A stretch of 64,000 bases of DNA from an uncultured Actinomycetota bacterium (GCA_963762215.1 CAVXKB010000013.1:34141-98140); one strand, 5' to 3'. Counted from the first letter of the stretch, positions 9,674-18,884 are shown. The notes: a model not told the origin generated them from the sequence alone. Translations and numbers: made by a program.

Positions 9674-9746
9674 GGGGCGTTAGCTCAGCTGGGAGAGCGC
9701 CAGCTTTGCAAGCTGGAGGTCATCGGTTCGATCCCGATACGCTCCA
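9674..9746 (+). tRNA. tRNA-Ala: tRNA-Ala (anticodon UGC)
   Basis: Hand-folded 73-nt cloverleaf: acceptor GGGGCGT/ACGCTCC with the G3:U70 alanine identity pair, D arm GCTC-AGCTGGGA-GAGC, anticodon arm CCAGC-TTTGCAA-GCTGG, T arm ATCGG-TTCGATC-CCGAT. CCA is not encoded. Confidence 0.93.
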
Positions 9747-9893
9747 CTTCGAAAGGCCTTGGAAACAGGGTCTTTCTTATGCTCAAAGCCCGTGCGACAT
9801 ACGCGGAGTAGGGTCGTTGGCAAGTCCAGAGACGGGAAGGTCCAACCCAGTTCCTGAACCAAAGTCTCGGCAGACACTCGTACTGAAGGGGTC

Positions 9894-9950
9894 CGCGGTT
9901 CGAATCCGCGCGTCGGCTCTTCTAAGAGCCCGGCTCGGTTTTGTTTGTTT
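9894..9950 (+). other. Orphan tRNA 3'-half-like element (T arm + acceptor-like strand) followed by a hairpin and T-tract
   Basis: CGCGG-TTCGAAT-CCGCG is a perfect T arm with G53/C61, followed by CGTCGGC-T. No matching 5' acceptor, D arm or anticodon arm could be folded upstream. Next come GGCTCT-tcta-AGAGCC (9915-9930) and GGTTTTGTTTGTTT. Confidence 0.25.
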
Positions 9951-10017
9951 GTGAGGCGGCTACGACGGCGCCAAAGCAGACGAGTCGATGAAGGAGGGTT
10001 CTTGGCAGGCCCTCCGT

Positions 10018-10443
10018 CTAGGTTATTTTCAGGATGCCCTTCATCCCGCCTGCCGCGTGGCCGGGCACGGTGCAGAGGTACTCGTAGCTCCCGGGCTTCG
10101 CGACGGTCACGGATAGCGTCGCCGACTGGCCCTTCCCGAGCGCCGTTGTTCCCTTGCCGGTGCATGCGTTGGCGAGCGCGCCGGCCGAAGTCGCCTTCGT
10201 GGCGGTTGTGCAAAGCTTGAAATCGTGGGCGAGGCCCGACGCGCTTGCGTTAGTGACCTTGAATGTGATCGTGCCGTGCGGAACGGTCTTGGTCGAGAGG
10301 GTGAATGCGAACTCGGAGGGCTTGCCCGCCGAGACCGTGACCGTCTTTCCGGCCGCTTGACTGATATGGGCAAGAGCGGCAGGGGCCGTGCCGACCGCTG
10401 AGGCGGCAACGAATACGATCATCATGAAGGACCGGCGCGTCAT
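10018..10443 (-). CDS. Secreted type-1 (blue) copper protein, plastocyanin/azurin-like cupredoxin
   Basis: ORF trimmed to MTRRSFMMIVFVAASAVGTAPAALA (signal peptide). Upstream His in LAHDFKL. C-terminal ligand loop YLCTVPGHAAGGMKGIL (Cys-x4-His-x4-Met). Confidence 0.85.
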   Translation of the reverse strand: MTRRSFMMIVFVAASAVGTAPAALAHISQAAGKTVTVSAGKPSEFAFTLSTKTVPHGTITFKVTNASASGLAHDFKLCTTATKATSAGALANACTGKGTTALGKGQSATLSVTVAKPGSYEYLCTVPGHAAGGMKGILKIT

Positions 10444-10605
10444 CGGAACTCCCTTTCGTCGGTTTCTATGTGGATTGGGCTCCGCGCGGACCGTCTGGAT
10501 CGCCCCCTCGGGACCGCGCCCACAGGTCGGGGAGTGTCGCAAAGGCCCGCGATGTTCGCAAGGGGCACCTCGCCCCACAAGGTTAAGCGGCTGGTCGAGG
10601 AGCCT

Positions 10606-11721
10606 TCACTCGACTACTCTCACTTCGGGTGCCGGCCGGGCCTCGACACCGCCCGGAGTGCCCGGCGCTTGCACCGCTGCATACGGACGGGGGCCTGGCT
10701 CCTGTCCGTCTGCGGCGGTCAGCTTTGCGCGGCCGCCGGTCAGGGTCTTCACCCTTCCTTCGGCGAGCAGGAGGAGAAGCGGCACGAGAGCCGCGAGGGC
10801 CGCATACGGCGCGAGCGCCCGCGTGCTGATGCTGAGCGCGCCGAGCTTTTCCGGTCCAGTCCCGAGCGCTGCGCGGACCGCGCGCGCGGCCGCGCCCAAC
10901 TCGTCCGTGCGGAACGTCCTACCCCCCGTCGCCTGAGCCAGTCCTGCCAGAGTCTGTCCGCTCGAAGGGTCCGGGTGATACGCCGATTCCACGCGCCCTC
11001 CCGGATCGAACACTGCCTCTCGCGGCGAGGAGACATCGATGAAAATCGGCGTCACTTGCGGGGCGTGGGCGAGCGCGCGGGTCGTTTGGCGAACGTCGAA
11101 GGGGCGCGACTCGCCATCGGTGAGCACGATCGCTACGCGTCGCTTCGCTGTGGGCGAGAAGAAGCTCTGGGTGCCGAGTGCGCCGAGCGCGCCGAGGTCG
11201 GTGGCGGTCACGGCGTCGGTTGCAGGCGGTGGCTGATCCACCTGGACGGTGCGCCGGACCGTCTGGTCGAAGGCCTCTCGGTCGGCGACCGGCATCAGGT
11301 GGGGGAGTACCTGGTCGGTCAACGTCGCGACCCCGGAAGGGATGTCGATGAGCGCGTCACGAACCCGGACGGCGTCGTCGCGCGCTCGTGCAATTCGTGT
11401 GCTCGCTCCCGGCGCTCGAGAGGCCAGCATCGAACGCGAGATGTCGATCACATAAAGCGCCTCGGCGTCCGTCCTGACGCCGATCGACGTCGTCGAGCGA
11501 AGTACGGGCTGCGCCGCCGCGACCCCCAGCAATCCGGCGACCGCGATCACCGCAAGGGTCGTGTACCAACGCCGGCCGCGGCCCGGTAAAGGAAGGCGGA
11601 GGACTTCCTGCGCTCGGCGCTCGCGTCGCGACGCAAGCTCAAGCGCCGCGAGTGGCACCGCCGCGGTGAACGCCAGGAGCGCGCCACGTGGCGTCAGGAA
11701 CGTCAGAGTCGCGGCGATCAA
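10606..11721 (-). CDS. VWA domain-containing membrane protein (BatA/BatB-like)
   Basis: N-terminal TM pair. MIDAS-type start ALYVIDISRSMLA, then VAIVLTDGESRP. Last gene of the MoxR operon; its ATG overlaps the upstream stop (ATGA at 11718-11721). Confidence 0.8.
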   Translation of the reverse strand: MIAATLTFLTPRGALLAFTAAVPLAALELASRRERRAQEVLRLPLPGRGRRWYTTLAVIAVAGLLGVAAAQPVLRSTTSIGVRTDAEALYVIDISRSMLASRAPGASTRIARARDDAVRVRDALIDIPSGVATLTDQVLPHLMPVADREAFDQTVRRTVQVDQPPPATDAVTATDLGALGALGTQSFFSPTAKRRVAIVLTDGESRPFDVRQTTRALAHAPQVTPIFIDVSSPREAVFDPGGRVESAYHPDPSSGQTLAGLAQATGGRTFRTDELGAAARAVRAALGTGPEKLGALSISTRALAPYAALAALVPLLLLLAEGRVKTLTGGRAKLTAADGQEPGPRPYAAVQAPGTPGGVEARPAPEVRVVE

Positions 11722-12341
11722 TATCCTCTTCCCGGCAGACCGCCGCCCGCCCCCCGATTGCCGGTTGCAGGCCCGCCCGCACTGTTACTCGGACCGGGCC
11801 GGATGCCCTTGGCAAGGAGTTGGCGCAACAGAAGCTCGAGGTTGAACTTTGCGTCCGTGTTGGTCGAATCGAGGCGGATCGCCGCTTGGAAGTCGGCGAC
11901 GCTCTGGTCGATAGGTGCCGGAGCGGCCGGCCCGGTCGGCGTCGAGTCGGCAAAAGCTAGGATCCCGAGCAAGTTGAGTGCCTCGGAGGCTATGACGTGA
12001 TCGCGGCTCTCTGCTAGTTGGGCGAGCTCGGACTCGAGCTCACCCCGGGTCAGTGCTTCGGACAATCCGTTGTCATAGCCCTGTCCCGCGGTCTGGACCG
12101 CCGCGAAGCTCTGTTCGGCGCTTCGAAATCGAAGGGGAACATCGAGCCCCAGCAGATCGCGTGCGACGTTCGAAGGCAAGACGGTGCCTGCCTTCCACTC
12201 CGCGTTTGCGGGGCGAAGCGCGAACTCGCTGTCTCCCGTCCGGATCGCGTCACGCGAGCTGATCACGTCAGACGCCAACACGGCCAGGATCGCAGCCGCC
12301 GCGAGGAATGCAGCAGCGGCGGCGATGCGAGGAGCACTCAT
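11718..12341 (-). CDS. Membrane-anchored helical-repeat (TPR-like) protein of the MoxR/VWA operon
   Basis: MSAPRIAAAAAFLAAAAILAVLA anchor. Helical repeat-like body (ALNLLGILAF...FQAAIRLDSTNTDAKFNLELLL) resembling BatC. ATGA overlaps at both ends. Confidence 0.55.
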   Translation of the reverse strand: MSAPRIAAAAAFLAAAAILAVLASDVISSRDAIRTGDSEFALRPANAEWKAGTVLPSNVARDLLGLDVPLRFRSAEQSFAAVQTAGQGYDNGLSEALTRGELESELAQLAESRDHVIASEALNLLGILAFADSTPTGPAAPAPIDQSVADFQAAIRLDSTNTDAKFNLELLLRQLLAKGIRPGPSNSAGGPATGNRGAGGGLPGRGY

Positions 12342-13168
12342 CAGCTCTCGCCCACGGTGCCCCATCGCAACCGTGCCGACCAGAGGTCGTAGAACGAGAG
12401 TGCGAACAGGGTCGCGACGATCGATACGACGAGCGCGATCGGCAGAGCGCTCGGCGGAATCCTCGGCGGTGGCGCCGGTTTCGCCGGGGCGGCCGTCGCG
12501 TCGCTGATTGCCGCGCCGGCGATGCGCGCGAAGAACGCCTCGTCACTCGGCGTCGCGTTCAACGCGACGACTCCGAGCGGCGTACGGCCGCGACCGTATT
12601 CGGCGGTCGTGACCTGGTTGAGGCGCTGAATGTCTTCGGGATCGTCTGCGAGATCGCTGATCAGGACGACTCGCGATCGCGAAAGGTGGTCCGCGACGAG
12701 GATCCGGTGAGCGAGGTCGAGGCCGGCTGAGATCCGCGTGCCGCGGCTGAACGAGAGCGTCCAGGGATTCATCGGTAACGCGGCGGCCGTGTTCGTTGCC
12801 GCCGGAACCGTGAAGTAACGGATCAGTGGCTGGAGCGCCGAGGCCGGCGTCCCAGGGGGCAGCGCCTCGTACGGAACGCTCGAGAAGACGACGAGCCCGT
12901 AACGACCGCCCGTCGCGACGAGCTTCCGCAGCGTCTCGCCGATCCGGCTGAACGTGTCGGACGAGATGCTCGCAGAGAGGTCGAGCACGATCATGTCTCC
13001 GGAACGGACCGGGAGTGAGCTCGGTTCGCGGACTCCGGGATGCCTGCTCGTCGCGGCGACGAGGAGCACGAGCAGGATCACAGAGAGTGCGAGTGCGCCT
13101 CGGACCAGAGTGGTCCGTCTCGCGATCCGCGAGAAGCCGCCTGCTCCGGGGACGGGAATGGCTTTCAT
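12341..13168 (-). CDS. VWA domain-containing membrane protein
   Basis: MKAIPVPGAGG start (ATGA overlap at 13165-13168). TM segment, then GDMIVLDLSASISSD (MIDAS-like DxSxS) and YGLVVFSS. Confidence 0.75.
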   Translation of the reverse strand: MKAIPVPGAGGFSRIARRTTLVRGALALSVILLVLLVAATSRHPGVREPSSLPVRSGDMIVLDLSASISSDTFSRIGETLRKLVATGGRYGLVVFSSVPYEALPPGTPASALQPLIRYFTVPAATNTAAALPMNPWTLSFSRGTRISAGLDLAHRILVADHLSRSRVVLISDLADDPEDIQRLNQVTTAEYGRGRTPLGVVALNATPSDEAFFARIAGAAISDATAAPAKPAPPPRIPPSALPIALVVSIVATLFALSFYDLWSARLRWGTVGES

Positions 13169-14016
13169 TCCGTTCCCCCGTCGAGGCCCCCTGCGCGATC
13201 GGCGAGCTTTTCGGCCGCCGCCGGCGTCGGGGGCGACTTCGACCACGCCGTGTCGGAGGCTGCGGCCGCGAGGGTCGAGTCATCCCGGTCGTCAACGGCG
13301 TCGGCCAGGAAACCGAGCGCGCGTCGCCGGTCAGGTTCCGGTCTCCTTGCCGAATCTCGAACGTAAGCGATCGCGAGCTCCAGGGGTGGGAGGCTCGTGG
13401 CTCGCGCACGCCGGACGCGCCCGGTGAGGGCAGCGAGGGCGAGAATCATGGCGGCGAGAGTGAAGAGCGCTGCAGCGCCGATCAATCCGGCGGCCAGCGG
13501 TCCGGGAGCCAAGCGGTACGCGGGAGACGGCGGGGAGATCGGCCTCCGGAAGCGGATTCGCGTCAGGTCGGAGGGGCTCAGCCTGGAGTAGATACGGAGC
13601 GTCGGCCACGCCGCCGTCGCCGTCAGCGTACGGGTGCCCGCCAGCCCGGTGACCGTCACGGGCTCGAGGTGCAGGACGCGTGCGCCTCTCGTCGGGAGGC
13701 AGCCGTCCGTGACGCAGAGGAGCGAGTAGCGGAAGCGAACAGCACCGGCGTCCCGACTTTCGACGACGGGAGGCGAGCTCACCACGTAGGGAACGAAGCT
13801 GGGCCGGACGCGGATGGTGGCGGGCGAGACCGTCCGCGGGTCGTAGTCGACTTCGACCTGGGCCGTAACCGGGTCGCCGTAGAGCACTGAAACGGAGTTG
13901 AGCGCCGCGACCGCCCGAAGGGGTTTGACGGGGGCTGTGCCGATGCGGGCCTCGGCGCGCACGCCGACCCAGGCGCAGACCGCGAACACAGCCGCGACAC
14001 CGGCGATCCTCCTCAT
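13165..14016 (-). CDS. Hypothetical exported/membrane protein of the MoxR operon (BatD-position)
   Basis: ORF 13165..14337 trimmed to MRRIAGVAAVFAVCAWVGVRA (ATGA overlap with the DUF58 stop at 14013-14016). C-terminal TM AAGLIGAAALFTLAAMILALAAL. Confidence 0.6.
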   Translation of the reverse strand: MRRIAGVAAVFAVCAWVGVRAEARIGTAPVKPLRAVAALNSVSVLYGDPVTAQVEVDYDPRTVSPATIRVRPSFVPYVVSSPPVVESRDAGAVRFRYSLLCVTDGCLPTRGARVLHLEPVTVTGLAGTRTLTATAAWPTLRIYSRLSPSDLTRIRFRRPISPPSPAYRLAPGPLAAGLIGAAALFTLAAMILALAALTGRVRRARATSLPPLELAIAYVRDSARRPEPDRRRALGFLADAVDDRDDSTLAAAASDTAWSKSPPTPAAAEKLADRAGGLDGGTE

Positions 14017-14948
14017 CTGCGCATCCAGAGCCGCCGCCGGCGTTCCGCCCACTGCAAGAACGCCTGGTGGACGCTGTCCGGCTCGCTCCGGTCGATGAGT
14101 ACGGGATCGAGCCCGAGCGACGCCAACGATCTGAGCAAGTCCGACCGGGCTACCTCGCGGCGCTTCCGCTCGGCCCGAGCCTCCGACCGCTTGAACCGCA
14201 CCTCGAGAATGGCGCCGTCGCGCGGGTCGGCGACCGGTAGCACGACGGGGCCGACTGACGGGAAGCTCTGCTCCCAGACCGGATCCTGGATCACCACAGG
14301 CACGAATTCCCAACGCCGTGCGAGCCCTGTGAGCCACAGCGTGTCCGGTTGCCTGTCCAGGAAGTCGGAGACCACGAAGACGAACGATCCCGGCCCGAGA
14401 GAGCTGGCAGAGCGGGCGAGGAATTCGATGCCGCGCAAGAGCGAGTCGCCGTCTGCGTCGAAGCGAGCCGTACGGACGCGCGCCTCGATCAGCTCAAGGG
14501 GAGACCGGCCGCGCGGCGAGATCCAGAATGGCCGGGCGCTCCCGCCCCGTGGCGAAGCGCTGTCGAGATACCCGACGGCGCCGCGCGCTGCGATCGCGCT
14601 CGTGACGATGGCCTCGGCCGCCACACGGGCGGCCCGCGGCTTTGCGAGCCACGGCGACCAGTCGGGGTAGAGGCCCATCGAGGGCCGCCGATCGAGGATG
14701 ACGACGACAGACGGCGCCTCATCGGCGAAACGCTCTCGGACGACGAACACGTCATCCGCACGAGCGGACGAGAGCCGAGCGCTCGCGCGCCAGTCGATCG
14801 TCGAGATTGGATCCCCGGGAACGTACGGACGAAACCCCGCAAGATCGCTTCCGCGTCCTCGCCTCGTGCTTCGGACCGAGCCGAACGGAAACCCGGTGAT
14901 TCGGTACCTGGGGACGAGTGGGAAGACAGTGCGGCCGGCAAGCTCCAC
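14013..14948 (-). CDS. DUF58 domain-containing protein
   Basis: GFPFGSVRSTRRGRGSDLAGFRPYVPGDPISTIDWRASARL is the DUF58 signature. Canonical partner directly downstream of MoxR. Confidence 0.88.
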   Translation of the reverse strand: MELAGRTVFPLVPRYRITGFPFGSVRSTRRGRGSDLAGFRPYVPGDPISTIDWRASARLSSARADDVFVVRERFADEAPSVVVILDRRPSMGLYPDWSPWLAKPRAARVAAEAIVTSAIAARGAVGYLDSASPRGGSARPFWISPRGRSPLELIEARVRTARFDADGDSLLRGIEFLARSASSLGPGSFVFVVSDFLDRQPDTLWLTGLARRWEFVPVVIQDPVWEQSFPSVGPVVLPVADPRDGAILEVRFKRSEARAERKRREVARSDLLRSLASLGLDPVLIDRSEPDSVHQAFLQWAERRRRLWMRR

Positions 14949-14957
14949 GGTTTGCCC

Positions 14958-16019
14958 CTAGGCAGGACTCGAACCCGTGACCGTCCAGTTCGGACGCGGT
15001 GGCGGCACACGTTCGAGGCAGAGGTCGCGCAAGAGCTCGAGCGCCGCGCCGTAGGACAGATCACGTGTCTCGGCGAGAAACGCCGATCTGAGCACGAGCC
15101 GATGGCCCAGCACCGGGATGAAGAGCGTCACGACGTCCGCGGGGAGAACGTGGTCGCGTTTGTGGAGGAGCGCCCAGGCTCGCGCGGTCTTCGCGAGTGC
15201 GAGTGAGCCTCGCACCGACGAGCCGACTTCGACCTGTTCGAGGGCACGTGTGCTGCGGACGAGCTTGACGATCCATTCCTCGAGGAGTTCGTCCAGATAG
15301 ATGTCCTCGCATGCGCGACGCAACCCGACGAATTCACCCAGGCTCAGAACGGGCGCCAAAGTGTCGAGCGGGTGCCCGTGGTGCTGCTCGCGCACCACTT
15401 GAAGCTCCGCGTCCTCACCGGGATAGCCGAGCGTTGCGCGCACGAAGAACCGGTCGAGTTGTGCTTCGGGCAGCGGAAAAGTTCCCTCGTACTCGATTGG
15501 GTTCTCGGTCGCGATCAGGAGGAACGGATCTGGAAGCGGGCGCGTGACACCGTCAGCAGTTACCTGGTGCTCGGCCATCGCCTCGAGCATCGCCGACTGC
15601 GTCTTGGGCGTCGCACGATTGATCTCGTCCACCAGCAGCACATTCGCGAACAGCGGCCCCGGTTGGAACACGAACGATCGGCTCTGCTGGTCGAAGATCG
15701 AGAGCCCGGTGACGTCGGTCGGCTGGAGGTCGGGTGTGCACTGGATCCTTGAGAACTCGATCCCGTCGACGCTCGCCGCGATCGCGCGGGCCAGGATCGT
15801 CTTCGCGGTTCCCGGTACGTCCTCGAGTAGCACGTGGCCGCCCGCGACGAGCGCGGACAGCACGAGGTCGATCTCCTCGCTCTTACCGTGTACGACCTTC
15901 TCGAGGTTGTCGATCAATCGCTGCGCGATCTCGGCGGCGGCGAGCAAGTCGTTTTCGCCTGGTTGCGTCGGAGCCTGTGACGTCACGCTGGCGCGAACCC
16001 TAGCGCCCATGCCGGGCAA
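14958..16019 (-). CDS. MoxR-family AAA+ ATPase
   Basis: Walker A LLEDVPGTAKT. RIQCTPDLQPTDVTG. Walker B/sensor ANVLLVDEINRATPKTQSAMLEAMAEHQVT. Start is either TTG 16019 or ATG 16010. Confidence 0.92.
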   Translation of the reverse strand: MPGMGARVRASVTSQAPTQPGENDLLAAAEIAQRLIDNLEKVVHGKSEEIDLVLSALVAGGHVLLEDVPGTAKTILARAIAASVDGIEFSRIQCTPDLQPTDVTGLSIFDQQSRSFVFQPGPLFANVLLVDEINRATPKTQSAMLEAMAEHQVTADGVTRPLPDPFLLIATENPIEYEGTFPLPEAQLDRFFVRATLGYPGEDAELQVVREQHHGHPLDTLAPVLSLGEFVGLRRACEDIYLDELLEEWIVKLVRSTRALEQVEVGSSVRGSLALAKTARAWALLHKRDHVLPADVVTLFIPVLGHRLVLRSAFLAETRDLSYGAALELLRDLCLERVPPPRPNWTVTGSSPA

Positions 16020-16091
16020 TCGGCGGCCGACATTCCGGCAACCGCTCTTCGATTTTCGGCCCGGATCCCCTATGATGGCGCTACGCGAATC

Positions 16092-18884
16092 TTGTCCCCC
16101 CGCCTAACACTTGCGCGGGCGGCCGGGCTCCTTGCCCTCGTCGCTTTGAGCGTGTTGAACGGCGCGTCGGCAGCGCACCGTAGCGACGCGCCGCCTGTCA
16201 ACTGGCTCGACTTCGGGAACACGCCCAACGAGAACCGGTATTCACCGCTGACGCAGATCACGCCGGACAACGCCTCGCAGCTCGGCCGCGTCTTCACCTT
16301 CGACCTGAACAAGGCCGAGCCGGGAATCAAGAAGGGACAGCAGTCGTACCCGATCGTCGTCAACGGCACGATCTACATCACCTCCGGCGACGACCAGGTG
16401 TTCGCCGTGAACGGCGTTACCGGCTCGTTGATCTGGCAATACGCCCCGTACAACGTCGGAACCTTCAAGAACTACGGGATCGTCGCCAACCGCGGCGTCA
16501 CCTACTGCGACGGCAAGCTCTTCCTGCTCACGCTGGACATGACGATCGTGGCGCTCGACCCGTCGACGGGCTCGCAGCTCGCCCGGGTCCCGATTGCACG
16601 CGCAGTCCCCGGGGCGTACTCGAACTACGGATACTCCGAGACGAGCGCCCCGATCTGCGCGAATCACACCGTGGTGATCGGGGCCGCCGGCTCCGACTAC
16701 GGCGTCCGTGGCTTCGTGATGGCGTACCACACGGATCTGACCCCGGCCTGGGCGAATCCGTTCTGGACGATTCCGCCGACGGGCACCGAGTGGCGAAGCA
16801 AAGCCCTGCTCGTTGGGGGCGCCACGAACTGGACTCCGGAAACCGTCGATGTGACGACCAACACGCTCTACTTCGGTACGGCGGGAGCGACGCCGGCTTA
16901 CTACCCATCGCTCCGGCCCGGCTCAGATCCGCGCGAGGACTCGCTGATCGCCGTGGATCTCGCCACCGGGAAGCTGAAGTGGTGGCAGCAGCAGCTTGCG
17001 TTCAACGAGTGGGCGTATGACACGTCCCAGCCGCCGCTCGTGTACACGGCCAAGATCGGCGGGAAGAGCCGGCGGATCGTCTCGGTCGCGACGATGGAGG
17101 GAATGTGGTTCGCCTACGACGCTGCAACGGGGGCCCCGATCTACCAGCGGATTAAGGTGCTGGACAACGTCGAGCACCCGGCGCTCGTGCCGGGCACGCC
17201 GGTGGCGGTGTACCCGTCCTCCCTCGGCGGATTCAACTACTCGCCGGCCTCCTACGACCCGGAGACGAACTACGTGTACAACGCCGCGGCTGAAACCGCC
17301 TCGGTGCTGCAACAGCAGACCCCGGCGCAGGAGCAGATCCAGCAGCTCCTACTCGGCAACACGTTCCTCGGGCTTGCCAACGGTGACTTCGGCTCGTATC
17401 TCAAGTCGGGCTGGAAGGACTACGGCTCTGTGAGCGCAATCGACGTAGCCACCGGAAAGGTCGTCTGGAAGTTCAACACCCCGCAGCCTGAGCGCGGCGG
17501 GGTAACGACGACCGCCTCGGGTGTCGGCTTCGCCGGCGGAGGCGACGGCAACCTGAGGGCGTTTGACGCCAAGACGGGAAACGTCCTGTGGAAGTTCCAG
17601 ACCGGGGCCCAGATCGCGTCGGGCGCGTCGATCTATTCGGTCAACGGCGTCGAGTTCGTCGCGATCACCGTCGGCGGAACGACGACCTCGTCGAACGGCG
17701 GCACCGTCGCAAGCCAGCTTCAGGTTTTTGGCCTCGGTGGCAGCTCGTCGCAGTCGACGAGCCCGGCGTTGCCCGAGTTGCAGCTGAACACCGGCTTCCA
17801 CGCTCGTGCAGCCGCGACCTCAACAGCCAAGAAAACAGCAGGGCGAAGGGCAGGTTCGGCGAGGATCGTCACGCCCGGGCCGGTGCTGATCCAGGCCTGG
17901 GACCCGAACACGTCGAACACCCAGGACGTGGAGGGCCACGTCATGCTTGCCGGCAAGCCGGTCGCCGGAGTTGCCGTGAGTGTCAACGGTTGGGTTGCCC
18001 CTGCTACCGACAAGGGCGGCATGTTCACCTACCCGGCCGACAACACCATGCCCGCGCGGCACGTCGTGAAGGTCATGAGCGCAACGGGCGCAACGGTTGA
18101 CGGGCGTGCTTTGACCGCGGCCGAGCAGCAGGAGGTGCTGGCGGCGAAGAGCGGGATCAGCGTCGGGTATTCGATCTCGGACGTGTCCACTCGGTCCGGG
18201 CCCGAGGGAACGATCGTAGTGTCCGGCCGCATCAGCTACGCAAAGGGGCTCGCACCCCATCCGGCCCAGCTGTACAGCTACGAGCTGACCGGCACGGTTA
18301 CGGATCCGAGTGGGAGCCCGGTGAAGGGCGCGATCGTCACCACTCGAACTGCCGACCACAAATTCTGGACATTCTCGCGTCCGACGGGAGCCAACGGGAA
18401 GTACACGTCCTTTCTCGTCGCTGCGGATCAGGAAGGCGACGACCCGGTTCCGATGACGGTCGCTGTCTCCGTCGGGGCGAACGCCTATACCGAGCCGATT
18501 GTCGACTCGGTCAACTTCTCGGCGCTGAAGAGCGCGAGGCTCGACATCCAGCTTCCGGCGAATCCAGGGGCCACGCTCGTCAAGACGTCGCTCAATCCCC
18601 AGGCAGTCGGGGGTGCGATCTACCGAGGCCTCGTCGTCGGCGTTGTGGGGCGGGGAGGCGTGATCAAGCCGCTGAGCGCGACGTGGCCGGACGCGAACGG
18701 CAGATTCGTACTCGTCCTTCCGTCATCGGCTCGCGGCAGTGTTGCGACGTTCTGGGAGTCCGATCGCCAGTTCTTCTCCACGGCGGAAGCCAAGCCGGGC
18801 GGCAAGGTCGACCCTTCCGTCTACCCGAAGTCGCTCGCCGATGACGTTCCGCGAGCGCTTGCAACAGTCAAGCTACCCGGTTGA
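16092..18884 (+). CDS. PQQ-dependent dehydrogenase-type 8-bladed propeller with ~370-aa C-terminal beta-sandwich extension
   Basis: TTG start with signal peptide. Quinoprotein N-terminus NWLDFGNTPNENRYSPLTQITPDNASQLGRVFTF...SYPIVVNGTIYITSGDDQVFAVNGVTGSLIWQY and repeated A-x-D-x-x-TG-x-x-W blades up to about aa 560. Residues ~600-930 resemble carboxypeptidase-regulatory-like domains (VEGHVMLAGKPVAGVAVSVNGW, LTGTVTDPSGSPVKGAIVTT). Confidence 0.85.
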   Translation: MSPRLTLARAAGLLALVALSVLNGASAAHRSDAPPVNWLDFGNTPNENRYSPLTQITPDNASQLGRVFTFDLNKAEPGIKKGQQSYPIVVNGTIYITSGDDQVFAVNGVTGSLIWQYAPYNVGTFKNYGIVANRGVTYCDGKLFLLTLDMTIVALDPSTGSQLARVPIARAVPGAYSNYGYSETSAPICANHTVVIGAAGSDYGVRGFVMAYHTDLTPAWANPFWTIPPTGTEWRSKALLVGGATNWTPETVDVTTNTLYFGTAGATPAYYPSLRPGSDPREDSLIAVDLATGKLKWWQQQLAFNEWAYDTSQPPLVYTAKIGGKSRRIVSVATMEGMWFAYDAATGAPIYQRIKVLDNVEHPALVPGTPVAVYPSSLGGFNYSPASYDPETNYVYNAAAETASVLQQQTPAQEQIQQLLLGNTFLGLANGDFGSYLKSGWKDYGSVSAIDVATGKVVWKFNTPQPERGGVTTTASGVGFAGGGDGNLRAFDAKTGNVLWKFQTGAQIASGASIYSVNGVEFVAITVGGTTTSSNGGTVASQLQVFGLGGSSSQSTSPALPELQLNTGFHARAAATSTAKKTAGRRAGSARIVTPGPVLIQAWDPNTSNTQDVEGHVMLAGKPVAGVAVSVNGWVAPATDKGGMFTYPADNTMPARHVVKVMSATGATVDGRALTAAEQQEVLAAKSGISVGYSISDVSTRSGPEGTIVVSGRISYAKGLAPHPAQLYSYELTGTVTDPSGSPVKGAIVTTRTADHKFWTFSRPTGANGKYTSFLVAADQEGDDPVPMTVAVSVGANAYTEPIVDSVNFSALKSARLDIQLPANPGATLVKTSLNPQAVGGAIYRGLVVGVVGRGGVIKPLSATWPDANGRFVLVLPSSARGSVATFWESDRQFFSTAEAKPGGKVDPSVYPKSLADDVPRALATVKLPG

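Noticed and set aside
9747-9918. A second complete tRNA or a tmRNA downstream of tRNA-Ala.
   Set aside because: Only a T arm plus 3' acceptor strand can be folded. No complementary 5' acceptor (GCCGACG-like), D arm or anticodon arm is present. The 170-nt space is far too short for a tmRNA, and the acceptor lacks the GGGG/G3:U70 features. It is kept only as a low-confidence fragment.
9600-16100. A genomic island integrated at tRNA-Ala, or a mobile element anywhere in the window.
   Set aside because: I recognised no integrase, recombinase, transposase, phage or conjugation gene. No direct repeat of the tRNA-Ala 3' end was found. GC content and codon style downstream are the same as in the housekeeping part.
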